DNA from: Azolla caroliniana
Taxonomy: Eukaryota; Plantae; Polypodiophyta
Reading direction: 5' to 3'
Assembly: GCA_043228905.1 (NCBI GenBank)
Contig: JBHGNT010000005.1
Span: forward strand, 20,088,001-20,152,000
DNA length: 64,000 nt
A program made the position numbers and the translations under genes. This document shows, piece after piece, positions 1 to 11,540 of the stretch (the first letter of the stretch is position 1; each line of letters opens with the position of its first letter). The notes under the pieces are model-generated. The model was given only the letters and a program-made list of their open reading frames with translations, searched no databases and was not told the DNA's origin.

Positions 1-3000
1 GGTTTGGTAGCTCGATCTAGCCCATCCGCGTGTGTTGTGTTCTACGTTGACGTTCGAGAAGAACTGGTCCATCACTATCGTAGTGCGACTACATAACTCG
101 TATTTGAGAGGGAAAGAAAAGAAAAGAAGGAAGAAATCTTCAGCGACAATGAATACTCAAATGGGGAGCAGTCTCCCTAGCGAGAAGCTAGATTGAAACA
201 ACTTTGCATCTTGGGAGTACAAGATGCACCAATACCTTATCGGCCAAGGCTATTGGAGTTACATCAAAGGAGCACAAGAAAACCGACCTGACCCGAAAGA
301 TGCCGACTATGAAACATGGGAGCAAGCGGCAAGCCAAGTGATGTATTGCTTGGAGACATGTGTTCACGACCACATGCTCGGATACATTCAAGAAGCCGAG
401 ACGCCAAAGGAAGCGTGGGAGAATCTACGAAAGATTTTCGCCGCCAACACAACCGCGAGAAAGCTTCAACTCTGCCAAGAGTTGAACAACATCCAACAAA
501 GGGATATGTCCATCACAAGCTACACCTTGAAGATCAAGGAGCTTTGTGACTCGCTTGGCTCAATAAGTGTCAATGTGGACGATGATGAGATGGTGCAAAT
601 ATGCCTCGGCAGCCTTGCACTGTGGTTCGACGCGATGAGGACCGCTGTATTAGCACGGGAGAATCCACCCTACTTCGATCTTCAATCCATGTTGTTGGTC
701 GAAGAAAACCATGTTCGAACAAGGAGCAACGCCTCGGAAGGCCACATGCTTTACCCACACTTGGACGGAGGAAGAGGATGCGGCCGTGCAAGAAGAGTCC
801 GATTCGGCCAAGGACAAGGCAGATGAAGGCCGACTTACGAAAACAACTCGCAATTTCGACATCAAGACGGAAGCCATCGAGGAACCTTCAGAAGAAGGGG
901 GAGCATCCATTCTGGTCCGAGCCGACAAAACTCCGTCGAATGCAGATATTGTGGAAAAATTGGTCACCATGAAGAAGAATGTCGTAAGAAGATGCGCGAG
1001 TTGGTATCCACTAGTTGACAACTCACCAATTATGCCACCAACTTCGACTATGACGATCATGGCAGAATGTTCATGATGAGACATAGAGCAAATTCTATGT
1101 TGGCTTCTACTTCAACTAGTGCTTCTGGTCCGGAAGATGTATGGTTCATCGACTCCGTTGCCTCGAACCATATGACGTCTCATCAAGAATGGTCCCAAGA
1201 ACTTCGAGAGTCGGAACGCCCCGACTATGTCGAAACCGGAGACGACACTACGCATCCGATTCGACACATCGGCAATGTCCCATTCGGCAAAGATGGTAAC
1301 CAAACTTTTATTAAAAATGTCTTGCATGTACCAACCATTATGAAGAATTTGGTCTCTGTCGGCCAAATTGTTGAGCAAGGGATGCAAGTACGATTTAATC
1401 AAGGCGGTTGCTTCATCGAAAAAGAGCGCCGACTCATTGCTCGCGGACGAAGAGAGGGTCGAATGTTCATTCTCGACTCGCACGAGATGAAATCGGCCAT
1501 GTTCGCAAAGGGCACAAAAGCATAATTCGACATAGAGTTATGGCACAAGCGGATTGGCCATATCAACCTCCAAAAGCTCAAGGCAATGCAATCGAAAGGA
1601 GTCGTCATCAGGATCCCGACATTCAAGGAGAAAGAGATTGAAGGTGTGTGTGCTTGCCAATTAGGCAAGCAACATCAACACCCATTTCCGAAGGAGCGGA
1701 ATGTGAGCAAAGGCATACTTGACGTAATTCATTCTGATGTATGGTGTCTGGCTCAGACGGTTACATTCGACGGATGCCAATACTACGTGGCCTTCATCGA
1801 CAACTTCTCCAGGCACACCTGGATCTACCCCATGCGGCAGAAGAACGAAGTGTTCGGACATTTCCAAAAATTTAAGTATGAAGTTGAGAAAGTCGCGGGC
1901 CGACATGTACGATGTCTTCGGTCGGATGGAGGCAAGGAGTACTTCTCCGACGAATTTTCGGCTTTTCTACGGAAAGAAGGAATTCGGCGAGAGTTTTTGT
2001 GTTGACATACACCACCACAAACGGAGTCGCCGAACGAAAAAATCAGCACATCCTCGAAGTAGCATGAGCCATGATGAATGAAAAGAACCCGCCGAAGTCA
2101 TACTGGGCAGAAGCGGCTAACACAACCGTATACCTCATGAATCAGTGTACGACATCGGGTGTGCCTAAACTTACTCCGCACAAGAAGTTTTTCGGAAAGA
2201 AGCCAGACCTATCACATGTTTGGATATTCGGCTCTATTGTGTACGAGAAGCGACAAAAGCTCGACCTGAAGTCGGAGAAATGTATCCTCATAGGATACTT
2301 ACTGGAGCAAAAGGGGTACAAGTACTATAACCCCTCAACTCGAAAATCTCGAAAAAGTCGAGACGTCGTTTTCGACAAGTCTGCATCCTGGTATGCACTA
2401 GAGACAACTTTGACTCCGATTCCGCCGAAATAGAGATAGAAGTCAAAGATCGGCTCACACGCATGTTCGAAGAAAGCCTGATTATGACAAGGCTTAGTGG
2501 CCACAAGAGCCTCTGAGTGATCAAAGCACATCTCGGTCGAGTCCGAAGCTGGACAAAGGGAAGGCGAAAATGCCGGAGTATGAAGACGATCACTTCGACA
2601 ACAACGAATCGACTCACTCCCTCGATAGTGAGTTTGAAAGCCTTGACATCGAAACAATTGGAGCGAAGAAAGCCTTAGTATCTGCAAACGAGAAGCTCCG
2701 CCGATCTACCCGTGAAAAGAAACCCGTAAGCCGATTCGGCTACAACGATTATATGGTGTACCATTATGCCTTTACGATGAAGGTAGCGAGAATATGGGAG
2801 ACGGAATCATTTTCCGAAGCGGCGAAGTACCCAAGATGGGTTGAAGTGATGAATGAGGAGATGCAAGCACTCTCCAAAAACAAGACATGGGATCTTGTCC
2901 GCCACTCACCGCACAAGAAGGCGATCGGCTACAGATAGATCTACAAGGTGAAGTATAAAGCTGACGGCTCCGTAAACCGCTACAAAGCTCGACTCGTGGC

Positions 3001-4322
3001 AAAAGGATATGCACAGACACATGGAGACAACTATGAAGAGACATTTGCCCCGCTGGCAAAGATGACGACTGTGCGGACCGTGATCCCACTCGCATTAGCG
3101 AAAGGGTGGCACATTCACCAAATGGACGTCAAGAACGCCTTTTTTCAAGGAGAATTAGAAGAGGTGTACATGGTACAACCACCCAGCTTCAAATCCAGCA
3201 TTCATCTGAAAGCCGTATGCCAACTCAAGAAGCCTCTTTATGGCCTCAACCAAGCACTGAGTGCTTGGCATTCGAAGATTACACAATATCTTCATCAAAT
3301 CGGCTTTCGAATGTCAAAATCCGACAACTCCCTCTACGTACGAAACAACTCTAGAAGCCCGATCTTCATCATCCTATACGTGGATGATCTGGTTATTGGA
3401 GGTGAGTATTTGGTCAACATCAACAAGATGAAATCCCTCCTCTCAAACAAATTTGAGATGACGGACATTAAGGAGCTTCATTACTTCCTAGGCATTGATG
3501 TAATTCGGGTTCCAACTGGCATTATGATCTCTCAACAACACTACATTCTCAACTTATTATTACAAGTTCAAGATAACATAGTGCAAATATGTTGCAACCC
3601 CTCTTGATCGAAACCTCAAACTAGATGCCGACTCCGGCACAGATGAGTGCGAGCTGACTCAATATCAACAACTAATCGGGAGCCTCATCTATCTCACGAT
3701 CACACGACCCGACCTCAACTATCCGGTCGGCCTCCTTAGCCAATTCACGCAAACTTCGAGAGATAGCCATTTCGATTGCCCTAAGCAAGTATTACGATAT
3801 GTGAGCGACACAATGGATTACGACATCCTTTACGCAAAACCCACACCAATTCGACTCGAAGGGTACATGGATGCCGACTGGGCCGGATACATAGCCGATC
3901 GACGATCAACCTCTGGTTTTGTTTTCTCCCTTGGTAGCGGAGCAATTTCGTGGAGTAGCAAGAAGCAACCAATCGTAGCTCTTTTGAGTACAGAGGCCGA
4001 ATACAGGGGCGCAACCGTAGTTGCATGTGAATCCGTATCACTCAAGAGGATTTTGAAGGATCTGGGCATTCCTACCAAGGATCCGACTCCCATTTATTGC
4101 GACAACATGAGCAGTATATATCTGGCTTGGAACCCGGTGTTCCACGCACGCACGAAGCATATCAAAGTCCACAAAGCATATCGGAGATGTCGATCTTCTA
4201 CACATCAACACGAATTTTCAGACAACCGACATCTTCACCAAGGCCCTAGGAGCCGACAAGCTTTGGCAATTCATGTCACACCTTGGATTGACAATCCCTG
4301 ACTTGCTAAGCTTGAGGGGGAG
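1..4322 (+). mobile_element. Decayed Ty1/copia internal region (gag-PR-IN-RT-RH), 5' LTR outside window, 3' LTR absent
   Basis: Gag ATG at 149 (MNTQMGSSLPSEKLD*), UBN2-type gag (224-826), protease WFIDSVASNHM, integrase [31 protein letters not shown] and YVDDL, RNase H YMDADWAG/TEAEY. Many stops and frameshifts. Ends in CTTGAGGGGGAG (4311-4322). Leader matches 52831-52980. Confidence 0.93.
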
Positions 4323-4339
4323 TACAAGCGGAGACTGGA

Positions 4340-4458
4340 GATTGCACTCACAACGGCGAAAGGGTGGCACCTCCACCAAATGGACGTCAAGAATGCCTTT
4401 CTTCAAGGTGAATTAGAAGAGGAGGTGTACATGGTACAACACCCCGGCTTCGAATCCA
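4340..4458 (+). pseudogene. Isolated copia RT fragment from a sibling copy
   Basis: Encodes [34 protein letters not shown]. Similar to, but not identical with, 3090-3197 and 55780-55892. Confidence 0.85.
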
Positions 4459-4459
4459 C

Positions 4460-7400
4460 CCAATTCTTTACATATCCAATACAACCCTATCCACCGAAAT
4501 CGAAGTTTTGTGGGCATTTGTCCCATATGTGTTCGGAATACAAGTACAGTTTTTCCGATTTCAAAAAATTTCTCATTACCTCCTTGATTTCGATTCACGA
4601 ACGCCTTTCGACAGCATTGCTCCTGTTCCAGGATTGCCATGCTCTTTGTCGAGTGCGAGATGTTGCTGTAGTCGCAGTTGTTCCGACTGTTTTTCGGGAA
4701 GGCATTCCTGAATCTGTATTTGCAAGCTCGGGACCTGGAACTCGACATGCATTACGGCTTCGAGTCCACACGCTAACCAATAGGGCACTATGAAGCTTAG
4801 TATCCCAATCCGTGCGGTTTTCGTCGATGGTCTTCTTTAAAATGTTCTGTAAAGTTTTGTTCATAGATTCCGTGAGTCCATTCACTTGAGGGTAGTACGA
4901 GGTACTTTTTTTTGTGGACTACGGCGTAGTGTTCGGTGAGCCTGTGAATCACTGTATTCAGGAAGTGGCCTCCTCGGTCACTAATGAGTTCGATAGGATA
5001 GCCGAAACGGCACTAGATGTTCTCATACAAAAATTTTGCGGTGGATGCCGCCGTATTGTCTCGTAAGGCTTTTGCTTTGACCCATTTGGTGCAGTAATCT
5101 ATTGCCACCAAAATGTATTTGTTGCCTGTGTGTGCCACGGTTGGGGTAAATGGGCCGACGAAATCGAGGTCCCATTTTTGGAATGGCTCTAATGGGAGCA
5201 TTCAGACTCGCTCCATAGGTTGTCCCATTCGCTGACACAGGTTGCATTCTCAGCTGTATGCTTGGGCGTCCTTCTGTGTGGTTGGCCACCAGAGCCCACC
5301 TTGCCATATCTTCTACACGTTAGTGTCTCCCGCGTAATGGCCCCCGGCTATACCGCAATGGGCTTCTCGTAATACTGCTTCCTTCTCATAATTGCGAACA
5401 CACCTTCGCCAAATGCCGTCGTGTCCCTTGTGATACAAGGTTCCTTCTAGTACTTAGGCAAAAGTTGTGACCCCTGACCACCAATCGCTTCTTATCGTAT
5501 GTTCGCATCCGTGGAGGTGGTAGGCCTATGCTTAGGAAATGGCTCATATCCTCAAGACATTTGTCGTATGGTGATGACTTGTCTGTCTCAGGTTCGCTTG
5601 CCGAAATGCGTAGGATTCCAATGTATGGAAAGTCATCATCCCCTTCGACACCATCCTCACCATTTTCGATACGACTTAAATAATCGGTCATCGCATGCTG
5701 AGCGCCTGGCCGATGTTGGATTTCGAATTTGAATTCCTATAATAACAACATCCATCGTGCCAGCTTCCCTGTAAGCGATTGCTTTGAAACCAGATAGAGG
5801 AGGGCCACGTGATCCACGTGAAAGACGAATTTCCGACCTAATAGGTAGTGTCGAAATTTGGTGATGCTATATATCATGCCGACGGCTTCTCACTTGGTCG
5901 TGGAGTAGTTCTGCTTGGTAACCGATAGTTTCCGGCTGGAGTAACAGATTGGCCGATACTAATTCAACTCGGTCAACTGCATCAGTGCATTGCCGATTGC
6001 TATGTCTGACGGATCCATGAACATGTGAAACAGTTGCATCTAGTCCAGTGGTTGTACTACCGGTGCTTGCTTTGTCTTTCGTGTCGGTCCAATTGAATAG
6101 TGTTCAATGCACCGCTGCATGCAAGGGTGTCGCAAAATCCGCTAGCTAACGAAACATCCGACTGTGCCAACGGATCTGCCCCAGAAAACAACTTAGGGCT
6201 TTTGCATTCTTCGGGGTTGGGGCCTCAATGATGGCCTTGACCTTTCCTGGATCAACCACAATGCCTTCTTAGCTTACTATGTGCTCGGGAAGAGCCCCAC
6301 TGGTGATGCTAAACACACACTTGGTTGGATTAAGGCTAAGTCGTGTTGAGCGGCATCGTTCTAAACAAAACTGGAGGTGTCGTGAATGCTCATCTCCCAC
6401 GACGTAAATCGCGAAGTCGTCGAGGAAGACATGCATGAAAGCATGTATGTATTCGCCGAAGATTTCTGTGATGATGCGTTTAAATGTTGTCGGCGCTGTT
6501 TTAAGCCTGAATATCATCACCACTGGTACGAATACGGCCCAATTCGTCACGAAAGTGGTATTTTCCTGATCGCCCAGACGCATGCAGATCTGATTATAGC
6601 CGATGAACCCATCCAGAAAACTATACATTTCGTGCCTTGCTACGACGTCGAGTACGCCATCTATGAAAGGAAGGGGAAAAGCATTTGTAATTGTTACCGC
6701 GTTGAGTTTTCCGAAAGTCGACATAGACACGAATTTTCCCATTCTTTTTTGTTACAACTATGATCGGACTCAGCCATGTTGCTTGCTTGATTGGTCTAAT
6801 GAACCCGATTTTCAAAAGCTTATCCATTTCCTCTTTTACGTGTGCCACATAGTTCGGGTTCATGCGGTAACGCCTTTGTTGGACGGGTTTTGCATCTGTC
6901 GCCAAGTTAATTTGATGTTGATAGAACTTGGGGTCTAACCCCTTCATATCCTCATGCGACCATGCGAACATATCTTTATATTTGTGCAGGATGTTGGGAA
7001 TTTGGTCCCTCCGGAGGAGCTGGATAGGACGAGCCGAAGGAAGGAGCCGGGATCGGACGGATCCGGAAGATATCCAGATGAATCCAGTGCGAACTGGATC
7101 CAAGGACATATTTGTAAATATGTTTCTAGAGGGCCTATCATGGCCATATTTGTAAATAGTCCTAAAGTCATATAACTATAAATATGAATTGGGGCAACCA
7201 CCTATGTAGTTTACTGTGGTCATGAGAGTTGTTATCATTATTGTTGTAAAGATAGCGAGTGAGAGACATATACAAAAAGTTTTTTCTATTGTAACTGCCA
7301 GTTGGCGAAGACATAGAGCTTGAGGTTGTTGCCTCCGAGTCTCGCTTGGTATCCTCTTCTTATAGTGATAGTTGGAGTTTGTGGGCTCCCGTGGTTTTTT

Positions 7401-10090
7401 TCCCTATTAGGGTTTTCCACGTACACATCTAGTGTCATCTCATATTGTGTAAGTGCATTAATCTCCTTTCTATTTCCTACTTTCTTCCATTGAGTGTTTA
7501 AGAGTCGGTTGAGGCTGAGCACTATTCCGCACACATCATGGCTGCCTTTTTCCAAGGAACTAGGTCCTTTGCTATTGAGAGAGGTTGCAGTGCGTCGGCA
7601 GTCCTGACATAGATTCTTCCAAAGCCAATGTTGTGACACGTCGAGAGATTTCCATTTCTTGATTGAACACATCCTATGCCATACGAAGTTCCATAATAGC
7701 CTCCCTATCTGGTTCACAATCCTCTTCTTCGGCTGTTGCAGGTGTGGCGTATGCTCCAGTCGTCTCGATGACATCGATCTCCATGGCACGATTCGAGGGT
7801 TCTCCTCCAGATATGTTTCCAGTTCCTTGTCGTCTAATCCTTTGAGGATGTGCACTTCTTCCACATAAAGCGGAGTCATCACTTTAATGGGTGGGGTGCT
7901 CTCTTGCGTCGGCACCCGTACCTTGTCTTGGCCTCGTCGAAAGCTGATGTTTTGGTGTTGCCAATTCTGCTTGATGTTTGTGGCAAGCAACCATGGGCGG
8001 CCTAACAAGAGGGGGTAAGCACTAGGAGCATCAAGGGCCAAGAGGACGGCTGATATCTCGAATGTATGTCCGCCTATCATGATTTTCAGCTTACGAAGTA
8101 GCCCCAGCGGTCGGACGGACCATGTATCCGCTATATGGAGCCAGAATGGGCACACTTCCCACTCTATAATGCCGAGGTGGGTGCAAGTTGCCTTGCTAAT
8201 GACATTGACTCCCAAACCTCCATCGATTATGCATCCCGAGATTTCTTCCCCTTGTAGGATAACCTTAATGGCCGGGTTATGGTGATCCACCACGGCCGGC
8301 CCTGTAATAGATTCGGCAAACTGGGTAGGAATCATGACTCGGTCTATGTTACGCATAAGGGTCTCCATGGCCTTCCGGAATCGAGGAACCAAATTCAACA
8401 TTTTGTTCATTGTCACAATGATCTGGTAGTCTGCGAGGGCTTGCCATAGCGGATCCTCACCCGTCGTCGTGTCGTCCATATGGGACGATGCATGCGATCA
8501 ATGTTAGCCTCATTAGCTTTTTCTACGCAAGCTTTTGCAACTTTCCGTATGTCATCTTGCTCTTTCCATCCGGTTGCCTTTGACTGGCTGCGGGTGGTCA
8601 CTTGTTGTACTTCGGTCGTGATAGTATTCACTGCCGGTCCCTTGCCCTTATCGCGTCGAGGGCACTAAGTCGCGTAGTGGCCTGGCTGTTGGTAGATAAA
8701 ACAATGTATATTAGACTCACCTCTTTTTTGCGGTTGGTTGAGCCACGGGCTCGAATGGTGGTGCAGGTTCGTCACGAGGTCGTTGTTGGTACTGATGTTG
8801 CCGCATATTTCGGGACTTCCTACGGTAATCGCGACGTCGGTTTTCCTCCGAATTGTCGTCGTGGGGCAGCTGGTTATGTGGGTGTCTTTCTCCTATGTAC
8901 AACCATGTTTCGGCTTGCACACCTCGATTGTTCGTTGAACGCCGATTCTCATAATGTCGCCCTATGCGGTCGTTATACCGATCGTTCTAATGATAGTCAT
9001 CCTTGTCTTGATCGTCATCGTCCCAGTATTGATCATCTTCGCGATTATTACGGTCGTTCCGGTCATTATGCCAATTCCGATCTGGGTTTCGATAACGCTC
9101 ATCTTGGCGAAAGTGGTCATTGGGTTGCCGATTGTTATGTTGTGGTTCAATCCACTAAACCAGCCCCAAGGGTCGATTCAAAAGGTTGTATTCACATTGG
9201 TCGACTGTATGTGCTCAAGAATGGCAAATAGGAAAGTGAGCCCGCATGTTGGAGTTGACCGCCGAGTGTCCTGGGTTAAGGCAAATTGTGCATTGAATAG
9301 CTTGCTGGAACCGATACTTGTCATCCCGCGGTAACGCTTGTCGTAAGGATGTCATGGACATGCCTTCGTCTGTGTCTTCCAGCTCCATCTGAAGAACCTA
9401 GTCGATAACCATGTCCATTATCTGGCCGGTAAAGTCGAGCGTAAGCTGGTTTCTTAGGTTCTGGAATCGGATGATGAAATCGACGATCGATTCCTGATTG
9501 AACTACCGGATCCAGTAGAACTGACCGATGATTTCTCGCTGCGGAACACTCCAGTGAAATAATCAAAGAAACGTTGTGCAGAGCTGATCGAAGGTTTAAA
9601 AGTCCAGAGGTAGAGTTGCAAGTACCATCGCGCTGCTCGCCCATCAAGAGTAAGCCCGAACTTGGCGATCTTAGAGGTGTTGGCTTCAGCCTTCGGGAGT
9701 CTCTGCGTCACATGGTTCGCATTCTAGAGGTTGAGAAAAGATCTGGTGTGAGCCTCCGCATCGGGTTCACCACTGTAATGGGGATAAGAGAAGGCCATAG
9801 TTGTGCACGTAGATCGTTTGAAGCTATCGTAAGTGGGCTCGGTTGGGTGTGGTGAGGGGTTTGTCTGACTGGTGCTCTAAATGTTCGGGTGAAGTGGGGA
9901 GAGGACCTCCGGACTAGTTGTGCTTTGTTCGGTGAGAGCGGACTCGAACGTGCTTTCAGCAAGATCCGGTAAGCGGGTGTAGAGCCGTAACTTTTCCACA
10001 ATAAGTTCTGCCGCCTTTCGGGATTCTGCCTGAGTCTGAGGTTTGCCTCAACAGTTTGTTTCTTTGCTGCCTCTACAACTAGACACATCC
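4460..10090 (-). mobile_element. Decayed Ty3/gypsy (Athila-like, non-chromovirus) gag-pol without LTRs
   Basis: Minus-strand order: gag (KFGLTLDGRAARWY; degenerate zinc knuckle near 8650-8710), protease IIDGGLGVNVIS, RT (SFLDGFIGYNQI, VFLDDF), RNase H, integrase ([10 protein letters not shown]...[13 protein letters not shown]; [10 protein letters not shown]). Interrupted by a solo LTR. Confidence 0.9.
6992..7533 (+). mobile_element. Solo LTR of the copia family seen at 58056-63464 and 57135-57684
   Basis: Starts TGTTGGGAATTTGGTCCCTCCGG and ends GAGCACTATTCCGCACA, matching the reverse complement of the 58056 LTR ends. Contains AGGGTTTTCCACGT. No PBS follows. Decayed TSD CAGGA/CATCA. Confidence 0.85.
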
Positions 10091-10096
10091 ATCCCC

Positions 10097-10466
10097 GTAA
10101 CTATCCATTCTCCCTATAAAAAAGGGCATGCAGCCTTGTAAAAAATTGTCGGTTGTATTGAGTTAGTCGTCGTAATAGAAATCTCTGCTTGCATAAACTT
10201 GCAACTCTTTTCTGAGCTATTCTTTTCATTACACTGTGAACTGTATTTAGTCGATCGGTTGTAGTCGACTTAGATATTGTATTAAGTGCATACTGCAATC
10301 TGATCAGGTATCATTTTGTGTGAGCATACCTTTATGTCCATCTATGTAGAGTTGCACTGCTCGTCGTGCAACTAGTTAGTATTCCCCAGCCTTTGACCAC
10401 AATACCTTGATCCCGTTACTTATGGAGTAAGTATCCGACCTCATGTTATAGCGGGAGGGTATAACA
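10097..10466 (+). repeat. 5' LTR (5'-truncated) of the Athila-like shell
   Basis: Aligns with 34970-35266 (CTCCCTATAAAAA.GGGCATGCAG ... GGTATAACA). Followed by CCATTTGGCATGTCTGG, a possibly C>T-decayed tRNA-Arg PBS. Confidence 0.7.
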
Positions 10467-11032
10467 CCATTTGGCATGTCTGGGTCGAGTTGTGAGCAAC
10501 AACGAATAGAGGGAGGATGGATGGCGCCTACTTGAAGTGATGGCAAAGGAACCGTGAGACGCGGTTGACCACGCACTAAGTCAGATTCCCGACGTGTGGA
10601 ACAAGAGAATTTGGTGGAAATAGTGCTCTATCGAAGGACAATGAGATTAGGTTTCGACAGGCTGTCCAAGGCATAACATGCTTGAATTTGGGTCATTCAG
10701 CAGTTGAATGCACAATGATGACACATTGCCTGATTTGCCATTCTTGAGCTCACACACTCGAGAAGTGTGAGTATAACCTGTTGAACAAAGCAACTTCCCT
10801 GATATGGCAAATTGCGCTGCAAGATGACCGGATATTAACTAAGGACCATCGTCGACAACCAATCGGTTACAACGATGACGAACTAGCACGGTACGACAAA
10901 CGACCCTAGCTGACAGATGATAGATATTGGGATGATGATTACATAAGAGAGGATCGGGACAGATAAGACCTCGATTGTGTCGTGACATTATCCTCCCCTT
11001 TACGACTGCCTTTTCGAAAGTGTGATGTAGGG

Positions 11033-11305
11033 GTGAGCGGGAAGTAGAGCACTAGCGGATGTGAGTGACCATGTTTGGTCCTCACCAGAGACACGAACAC
11101 CAATGGATGTGAGCGACCATGTATGGTCCTCACCGGGAAGTGGAACACCAAATGACGTGAGCGACCATGTGCGACCCTCATCGAGAACTGGAACACGAAC
11201 GGGGGTGAGCGATCATGCATGGCCCTCACTAGTCCTCATCGGGAACTGGAACACGAACGTGAGTGAGCAACCATGCGGTTCTCACCAGGAATTGGAACAT
11301 GAATA
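11033..11305 (+). repeat. About 48-bp tandem repeat, 5-6 units, each a hairpin
   Basis: Units start GTGAG at 11061, 11109, 11157, 11205 and 11259. Consensus GTGAGCGACCATGTATGGTCCTCACCGGGAACTGGAACAC. Confidence 0.9.
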
Positions 11306-11540
11306 GGAAAGGTTGTAATGTCGATGGAGTTTTAGGTCCACAGTCTCCGGGTCTAGGTACATGAGTGGTTGGAAGAGACAAAGTCGGAACATCACCGTCT
11401 AGAGAAGTTGTTGGAACTGGAAGAGAGACGCTTGCACAACATGTGGCAGCTTGAGCAAAACCAGTGTTGGCGGAAAGCCTTTGTCGAATGTCACCGGAAT
11501 TGGCAAGGCAATGAACGATTATTCGGAATTGGCAAGGCAA

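Noticed and set aside
7286-8479. 397-aa ORF as an intact gene
   Set aside because: Gypsy protease region frameshifting and reading into the solo LTR.
11033-11305. CRISPR-like appearance of palindromic repeats with linkers
   Set aside because: The linkers are homologous to each other, the context is a eukaryotic retroelement, and there are no cas genes.
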